From contig QPMI01000564.1 in the NCBI GenBank assembly GCA_004431415.1, forward strand, positions 1 through 64,000: a DNA stretch of 64,000 nt, read 5' to 3'. The notes below the pieces were generated by a model, which saw only the letters and a program-made list of their open reading frames with translations, was not told the origin of the DNA and ran no database searches. This document shows positions 58,329 to 64,000 of the stretch, in pieces. This stretch comes from Cyanophora paradoxa CCMP329. Taxonomy: Eukaryota > Plantae > Glaucophyta. The number at the start of each line of letters is the position of its first letter. Position 1 is the stretch's first letter. The position numbers and the translations under genes were made by a program.

Positions 58329-59051
58329 ATGGCGTATCTCGAACAAATGGAAGGGATCAGGCGAATCGCTTTGTGTGGAAAGCATGGCGAGGGCAAGTAT
58401 GCGCTTATAGATGAAGCCGATTATGATCATGTCATGAAAATAAGCAAGTGGTATTACCATAACCAACGGGGATATGCATGGGGTTACATTGCTGGTGTAA
58501 AGAAAAACATCGACATGCACAAATGGATTTTCGGACATCAACAAGGGCACTTTGTTGATCATATCAGTAGAGACAAACTCGATAATCGTCGCTGTAATCT
58601 TAGATTCTTAACACCGCAAGACAGCGTATTTAATACGGGTATGAGAAAACGAAACAAAACTGGTTTCAAAGGTGTTTTCCAAGAGAAAAGAACCGGTCGG
58701 TTCAGGGCAAATATTCAAAAAAGTGGTGTCCCATACAATTTGGGAACGTTTGATACAAAAGAAGAAGCTGCTGCCGCTTACAACCAAAAAGCAAAAGAGC
58801 TATTTGGAGATCTTGCTGTTTTGAATGAGGTAAACCCTGAAATTAAACCAAAACCTCCTCTTTACTCACTGAATACAAGTGGATTTCGTGGTGTGACTGA
58901 AACAGCGACTGGAAAATGGGAAGGATGCTTTTCATATAAGAAACAGCGGTGGCGAAAAGTGTGCAACACAAAGGAGGAGGCTGCACTTTTCTACAACTCA
59001 AAAGCCAAAGAAATTCTCGGTGATAAAGCGATCCTCAATGATGTTGAGTAA
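58329..59051 (+). CDS. HNH endonuclease with two AP2 domains
   Basis: VDHISRDKLDNRRCNLR; GFKGV...LGTFDTKEEAAAAYN; second SGFRGV...EEAALFYN. Confidence 0.92.
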   Translation: MAYLEQMEGIRRIALCGKHGEGKYALIDEADYDHVMKISKWYYHNQRGYAWGYIAGVKKNIDMHKWIFGHQQGHFVDHISRDKLDNRRCNLRFLTPQDSVFNTGMRKRNKTGFKGVFQEKRTGRFRANIQKSGVPYNLGTFDTKEEAAAAYNQKAKELFGDLAVLNEVNPEIKPKPPLYSLNTSGFRGVTETATGKWEGCFSYKKQRWRKVCNTKEEAALFYNSKAKEILGDKAILNDVE

Positions 59052-59107
59052 ATAGAGGGCTGTCGCGTTTCGTAATTTTTATATGTTTCTTATAAGGGAA
59101 AGCAAAT

Positions 59108-60031
59108 ATGACTGGAAACGTGAGTATAGAAGATCTTGCGGAATTCGACCCGGCAAGTCTTTCATTCCCTTGCCGTTTACTTGCTGTCGGAAAAACGGGA
59201 GTAGGTAAGTCAGTATTCTTAAAATACCTGCTTTACCACAACGAGGACAAGATAGATTCGGTGATGATATTCGCTTCCACGATCTGGAACCATCAATATG
59301 ACAATGTCACATCGTATTTGTATGAGGATTTCGATCATAAGCTGATCGACAATATAATACAGAAACGCAAGGAGCGAATCAAGAAAAAGGAGAAAGTCGG
59401 TAACCTGTTAATCATACTCGATGATTTCATTGACAATCCAAGTCTTTCGATGTCAGGAAGAGGTGAACCTATATTAAATCAGCTATTCACGTCGGGGCGC
59501 CATTTATTCATATCTGTGTGGATTCTGTCACAAAAACTCACTAAGATTTCGCCGACACTTAGGGTTAACTCCGAATATATCTTTCTATTCTCGCTGCCCA
59601 ACAGAAAAGAGATGGAGAGTGCTGAGGACGAGTTTAATCCATACGAAAAGCATTGGTTTGAGAAGGTGATGAACGAATACAGTCACAGCTATCAGGTTAT
59701 CTGCATTGACAACTCGAAATATAGCCTGGAATTCTCTGTGGGCAAGGCTGATCCGGTGCCTGACGAATATAAATTCAAGCGGTTCTTTAAAAAAGCGGTG
59801 GAAGAGATAAAGCCCGCTGGTAAACAGCCGGTAAAACAGAGCTCCACAGAGGTAAATGGCGACCAACCCCAAACCACCGATATAACGAAACCTGTGAGTG
59901 GAAACGTCGCCACCTTAAAGCGATCCACCAAAAGAATAATCGAAGCCGACCTACTTAAAGACCCCAATCTATTGCTGGCATACCAAGAAAAGCGCCGCCC
60001 AAAATTTGCAAAGAAATTGGGTAAATTTTGA
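59108..60031 (+). CDS. A32-like packaging ATPase
   Basis: GKTGVGKS, IILDD, GRH, LSQ and LRVNSEY. Confidence 0.9.
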   Translation: MTGNVSIEDLAEFDPASLSFPCRLLAVGKTGVGKSVFLKYLLYHNEDKIDSVMIFASTIWNHQYDNVTSYLYEDFDHKLIDNIIQKRKERIKKKEKVGNLLIILDDFIDNPSLSMSGRGEPILNQLFTSGRHLFISVWILSQKLTKISPTLRVNSEYIFLFSLPNRKEMESAEDEFNPYEKHWFEKVMNEYSHSYQVICIDNSKYSLEFSVGKADPVPDEYKFKRFFKKAVEEIKPAGKQPVKQSSTEVNGDQPQTTDITKPVSGNVATLKRSTKRIIEADLLKDPNLLLAYQEKRRPKFAKKLGKF

Positions 60032-60054
60032 ATAAATTTCTCGCATAATGATAA

Positions 60055-60726
60055 ATGCCACCCAAGAACTCGCGGAAAGCTATCCAAATGGAAGATCAAA
60101 GCGCTGTTGTCGCTGGCAAGATCAATCCTGCGGAGGATGCCGGTCGCACTGGTGGTGCTGCCGCTTCTGACCAAATAGATTTCGATCTGATTGACCCGAA
60201 TACAAAGGTTTCAGAGCGTGCTCAAAAGGCGGATGCTAAGCGGGAGCCGGTCGATTCCACTGATAGAAAGCTGGCGGATCAATCCCTCGCCGAATCACAG
60301 CTCACAGGCGAAAAGCTAACCGATAATAAGGTGGTAAAAGCCGAAGCAACAGCCGCTTTACCTGCATCGATGGAAGCCCCTAAAAAGCGGGCATCTGTCT
60401 ATGTGACCAAGGGCGAGAAAGTCGGTCAGGAATTAGAGGAGAAGTTTAGGGCACTGGAAGCGCGTTTAGCTACATACGACACTACTGTGCGAGCCTTTGA
60501 TGATTTCACTAAGGAATACAAACAGCGCAAGCTGATTAAACAAGCTGTTCGCGTGGAAATGGAAAAGAAGCGGGCAACTGTTCCCGATGTTCAGACAGTC
60601 GAAAGAAAAGAGACAGTCATAGCTGAAAATGCACCAAAGCCGGGCGGTTTCGTTAACCCATCGGGTGTGCATGCACAGCCGGGTGCCAATCTGTCATCTA
60701 TGTTCGGTGGGCGTCGTCGCTTCTAA
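60055..60726 (+). CDS. Hypothetical coiled-coil protein (homologue of 24261)
   Basis: MPPK start, KFRALEAR and PDVQ..RKE segments, same position in the gene order. Confidence 0.75.
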   Translation: MPPKNSRKAIQMEDQSAVVAGKINPAEDAGRTGGAAASDQIDFDLIDPNTKVSERAQKADAKREPVDSTDRKLADQSLAESQLTGEKLTDNKVVKAEATAALPASMEAPKKRASVYVTKGEKVGQELEEKFRALEARLATYDTTVRAFDDFTKEYKQRKLIKQAVRVEMEKKRATVPDVQTVERKETVIAENAPKPGGFVNPSGVHAQPGANLSSMFGGRRRF

Positions 60727-60877
60727 TGTGCAAGTCGTTCAAACATAAATGAATCCGCCCGTATTTAGAGCGGGTCTTAATATGAATTCCCTTGCAAAAG
60801 GGACAGGTCGGCTCCACAAACACCATTATAAGGTCGACTAATTCGTATGGGAACAGGCGAGCAAGTAACACCCTCAT
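60698..60877 (-). CDS. Small CxxC protein (homologue of 32326)
   Basis: FPYELVDLIM...TCPFC. Confidence 0.7.
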   Translation of the reverse strand: MRVLLARLFPYELVDLIMVFVEPTCPFCKGIHIKTRSKYGRIHLCLNDLHIRSDDAHRT

Positions 60878-60925
60878 TCCTTTTCTTTTCTCCAATATTT
60901 AATACGTTGTGCAATATTAGGGTCG

Positions 60926-61150
60926 ATGAATTTCATCACACAATGCATTGAGATGTTTCACCTGCATTTCATATCTCACTGTAAGTCCGGATGCTGCGAC
61001 ACAACCGTAGAGTTTGACATTTCGGACGAGGATAATGGAGGTAGGCGATCATCTGTATATTCCAACCACAGTGATAATCACGATCGTCCCCGATCTCAAT
61101 CGCCCTCGCCTGTGCCTGCGAACTCCAATATAGTCCACAGACAGCAATAG
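60926..61150 (+). CDS. Small CxSGCC protein (homologue of 25020)
   Basis: IEMFHLHFISHCKSGCCDTTVE. Confidence 0.8.
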   Translation: MNFITQCIEMFHLHFISHCKSGCCDTTVEFDISDEDNGGRRSSVYSNHSDNHDRPRSQSPSPVPANSNIVHRQQ

Positions 61151-61299
61151 AAGACGTGCAAGTATCCTATATAAGACGCCGCTCGTGCCCTAATTCCGTG
61201 GAAGGTCATTTTCGCGTTGATTCCCCGTATCCGCCAATAAATCCGCTTTATTTGGGCGAATACGATCGCTGAAACTATTTTCGCGTTAAATAGTATCGA

Positions 61300-61439
61300 A
61301 TGCCCGACCCCGATCTCTACGCGATCCTATACAGGAAACGCGCGCAATACGCATTGGAAGTCGCTATTAAAAACGTAGAGAAGAACTCGCTTCGATCACA
61401 AAAAATGACAGCTCAGAAAATGATTTAAAGAAGAAATAG
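61300..61439 (+). CDS. Short ORF homologous to 25293 (probable one-base indel in an A-run)
   Basis: LYAILYRKRAQYALEVAI; adding one A gives KKRREEL...KND. Confidence 0.45.
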
Positions 61440-61489
61440 GAAATACGACTGATAAAATATTTTCTCCGCTTATAGTAAGGAACGAAAAG

Positions 61490-61720
61490 ATGACCACCAT
61501 CGCTGCTGTAAATATTGAGGCAAAGCTTGTCACTGAGGACATGAAGAAAGGCGACGGACTTAATTATCGGATCCGTGAAATCATCAAAATGCGGAATCGG
61601 TATAACGAGGATCCCGAATATCGCGAATTCAAGAAGAAGATGGCTTTGGAATCGTATTATCGTCGCAAAGCCGAGGAGGGGAGCCATATGGGAAAGCGGG
61701 GGCGCCCCCGTAAGTATTAG
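61490..61720 (+). CDS. AT-hook DNA-binding protein (homologue of 25471)
   Basis: DGLNYRIRE...DPEYREFKKK...KRGRPRKY. Confidence 0.8.
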   Translation: MTTIAAVNIEAKLVTEDMKKGDGLNYRIREIIKMRNRYNEDPEYREFKKKMALESYYRRKAEEGSHMGKRGRPRKY

Positions 61721-61930
61721 AAAACGCAAACTCTCGATTGCCGCTGAGCGCATTCCTTATTTTTCGTGCGGCTTTCCGATGTAAATCGGGAAGCTCCTTA
61801 CCATACTATCGATTGCCCCGATGCTAATCGATTTTATCATCGGGAAAAAACTGTAAAGGGATTTAAGGATAATGCGCAAAAAATGAACAACCTGAAAAAT
61901 ATTTTCTCCGCTTAGAGTAAAACAGAGAAG

Positions 61931-64000
61931 ATGGACGCTATCACGAAATTCGCATTCTCTAATGTCAAGGGCACCTTTCTGAAATGTCTGACTGGTTCTC
62001 GCAATACGTCTAATTTGGTTGAGTTAACCGATGATGAAATTATTGAGCGCATCAATAACTCAAAGAAACGGGACAATATGACCTATCCTACATGGGCGGA
62101 ATGCATACAACCTGATCAAGTGACTCGTGTTTATCTGGATCTGGACAAGTTCGTTGATCTGAAACCTGATGTAGCCGACAACTATAAGGAAGCCGAAGAG
62201 ATCATCAGGGAAATGCGCAAGAAATTGCAAACCCTGTCGGGATCTACAATTGCGGTTGCTGTTCGCCATCGCCGGGTTCATTTAATCAAAGAGAATGTCA
62301 CTAAGTTCAAGATTTCCGGGCATTTCGTATTTACCGATCTGGCCTGCCGCCACGAAGACATTCCAAAGCTTTTTAAAGCGATGGGTCTCATCAAAAATGT
62401 TGAATTCGATAGTGGCGTTTATGGAACAACTCAAAACCTGATCTGCCTCCGTTGCTGCAAAGGCGAAGCTTTGGACGCTCAAAGCAAATCAAAGCACGAT
62501 GTCGATAAGAATGTGGTGTTCACTAAGTTTATTGATTGCGAGAAAGAAGGCATGCACGATGGTTTTTTCCTGGTGCAATGTTTCGATCGCCCCACTAAGT
62601 GGGTGGAAGTAGACACCATGTCAGCCTTTGCGGTCGATAAACCAAAGGAAGCTACAAAGCCTGAGGAACCTAAGCAAACGGTGGCGCCCAAGTCTGTTAA
62701 GGACAAGCCCTGTAAAGAACCTGTGAAGAAGAAGGAGGAGGTGTTGGAGGATCTCAAAGATAATAAGGTTTCGTTTGAACTGTTGCAAGAAGTCATTATG
62801 AGCCTCAGTGGCGAGCGAGCTAATGAATATAAGACATGGATCGACGTAGGTATTGCTATAATCAATACTTGCGAAGACAACAATATCCCTCGCAAGCAAC
62901 AAGTAGAGCTATTTCATAAGTTCTCGGAGAAAAGCGAAAAATATGAATATGATGACTGTCATGAGAAGTTCATGAGCCTTTGCAAAGGCAAGAAAATGGT
63001 GGAAGGGAAGCGAGTCACATTCGGTTCGATTGTTTACTGGCTGAAAAAGGATAACAGCGACAGTTATAATAAGCTATTCCCCAAGAAATATTCGTTTCAG
63101 CCTGAGGATTCCGACGATATTGACTACAAGACTGCCCCCATTCCACCTATGGTCGATAGCTTTGAAGTCCATCTGCGATATTTAAATGCGAGGCTGCATC
63201 ACATCGAGAGCATCGGCACTGTCATGTATTGGGATGAACAGCTATTATCCTGGCGACCGAAAGATATTACGAAATTGGCGACCAAACATTTTCCCCATCT
63301 GTTTCACAAGGTGATTCTCAATGAGGGGACTGAGAACCAAACCGAAAAGTGGGTAAAAACGCTACCTGAATGGATTACTGACCCAAGGGCGACACGATCC
63401 ACTTATATGGATTTCCTGCCGCCTCCTGCAAAGCTGAGCGCGAAATGCAAGTCTGTGTTTAATCTCTACCCTGGATTCAAGATTGATCATGAAGAATTCG
63501 AGGAGCCGCCCCCCGAGGATGTGACAGAAGAGATGATTCAGCCTTTTCTGACACATCTATATTTAATGTCAGGCGAAGATGATAAGACATTCGATTATCT
63601 TAAAAAGTGGTTTGCCCACATGATGCAAAAGCCGGGGGAACTAAATAACGTGTCCCTCATCTTCCTAGGTCGCCAAGGCGCTGGAAAGAATATGCTCATT
63701 GATACCTTTGAGAAGAAGATCCTCGGTGATGCATTGGCATACTCGACAGCCAAACCAAAGGATGATCTATTCGGGCGATTTGCTCACAATCGGGAGGATA
63801 AGATTATGATTGTGGTAAATGAAGCTTCTGGAAAGGATACCTTTGAACATAGCGACCTTCTCAAAGATATTGTCACAGCCCCGAAGATTGTAATCGAGCA
63901 CAAGGGAATCGATTCTTATGATAAGACGAATTTCGCGCGAATCGTTTTCACAAGCAACAATACTGTCCCTGTCAAGATCGAGGCTGATGATCGTCGCTTT
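61931..64000 (+). CDS. AEP primase + PriCT-2 + DUF5906/NrS-1-like SF3 helicase (runs off the window, absent from the ORF track)
   Basis: Manual translation: MDAITKF..., VYLDLD, KISGHFV, FDSGVYG, YKTWIDVGIAI, Walker A GRQGAGKN, IVVNEA, VFTSNN. Confidence 0.88.
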   Translation, partial: MDAITKFAFSNVKGTFLKCLTGSRNTSNLVELTDDEIIERINNSKKRDNMTYPTWAECIQPDQVTRVYLDLDKFVDLKPDVADNYKEAEEIIREMRKKLQTLSGSTIAVAVRHRRVHLIKENVTKFKISGHFVFTDLACRHEDIPKLFKAMGLIKNVEFDSGVYGTTQNLICLRCCKGEALDAQSKSKHDVDKNVVFTKFIDCEKEGMHDGFFLVQCFDRPTKWVEVDTMSAFAVDKPKEATKPEEPKQTVAPKSVKDKPCKEPVKKKEEVLEDLKDNKVSFELLQEVIMSLSGERANEYKTWIDVGIAIINTCEDNNIPRKQQVELFHKFSEKSEKYEYDDCHEKFMSLCKGKKMVEGKRVTFGSIVYWLKKDNSDSYNKLFPKKYSFQPEDSDDIDYKTAPIPPMVDSFEVHLRYLNARLHHIESIGTVMYWDEQLLSWRPKDITKLATKHFPHLFHKVILNEGTENQTEKWVKTLPEWITDPRATRSTYMDFLPPPAKLSAKCKSVFNLYPGFKIDHEEFEEPPPEDVTEEMIQPFLTHLYLMSGEDDKTFDYLKKWFAHMMQKPGELNNVSLIFLGRQGAGKNMLIDTFEKKILGDALAYSTAKPKDDLFGRFAHNREDKIMIVVNEASGKDTFEHSDLLKDIVTAPKIVIEHKGIDSYDKTNFARIVFTSNNTVPVKIEADDRRF

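Larger units (their letters stand above)
46901..64000 (+). mobile_element. Element 2: endogenous Polinton-like virus, continues past the window
   Basis: Terminal hairpin and the same penton-penton-MCP-ATPase-small genes-primase order as element 1. Confidence 0.88.

Noticed and set aside
15878-64000. Bacterial prophage, or a canonical Polinton with terminal inverted repeats
   Set aside because: No terminase, portal or consistent Shine-Dalgarno sites, and the context is a eukaryotic LINE. No integrase, protease or AG-initiated terminal repeats are seen.

Overview
This looks like eukaryotic, repeat-rich DNA holding nested endogenous viral elements. Positions 1-15.9 kb are GC-rich host-type sequence: a ~550-bp direct-repeat pair, a ~9.2-kb array of ~320-bp units, and an L1/Tx1-like LINE (- strand) cut off inside its endonuclease domain at 15877. 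AT-rich element 1 (15878-~34595) is a Polinton-like virus (PLV)-type element. It encodes two head-to-head penton-like proteins, a probable double jelly-roll major capsid protein (MCP), an A32-type ATPase, a Prim-Pol/D5 helicase, a Polinton-type pPolB and two fibre-like proteins. A ~9.75-kb GC-rich macrosatellite (~1.3-kb unit, also present once inside element 1) follows. Next comes a fragment of a third related element (SAM decarboxylase, tandem DUF5710-like protein). That fragment is interrupted at 46901 by element 2, which has the same core gene order but a different primase-helicase and runs off the window. Both elements begin, exactly at their junctions, with a perfect 27-29-bp inverted repeat starting ACACATA. 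Each carries its own inverted iteron-like motifs. No integrase or maturation protease is visible. All protein calls come from motif recognition by eye, not from database searches.
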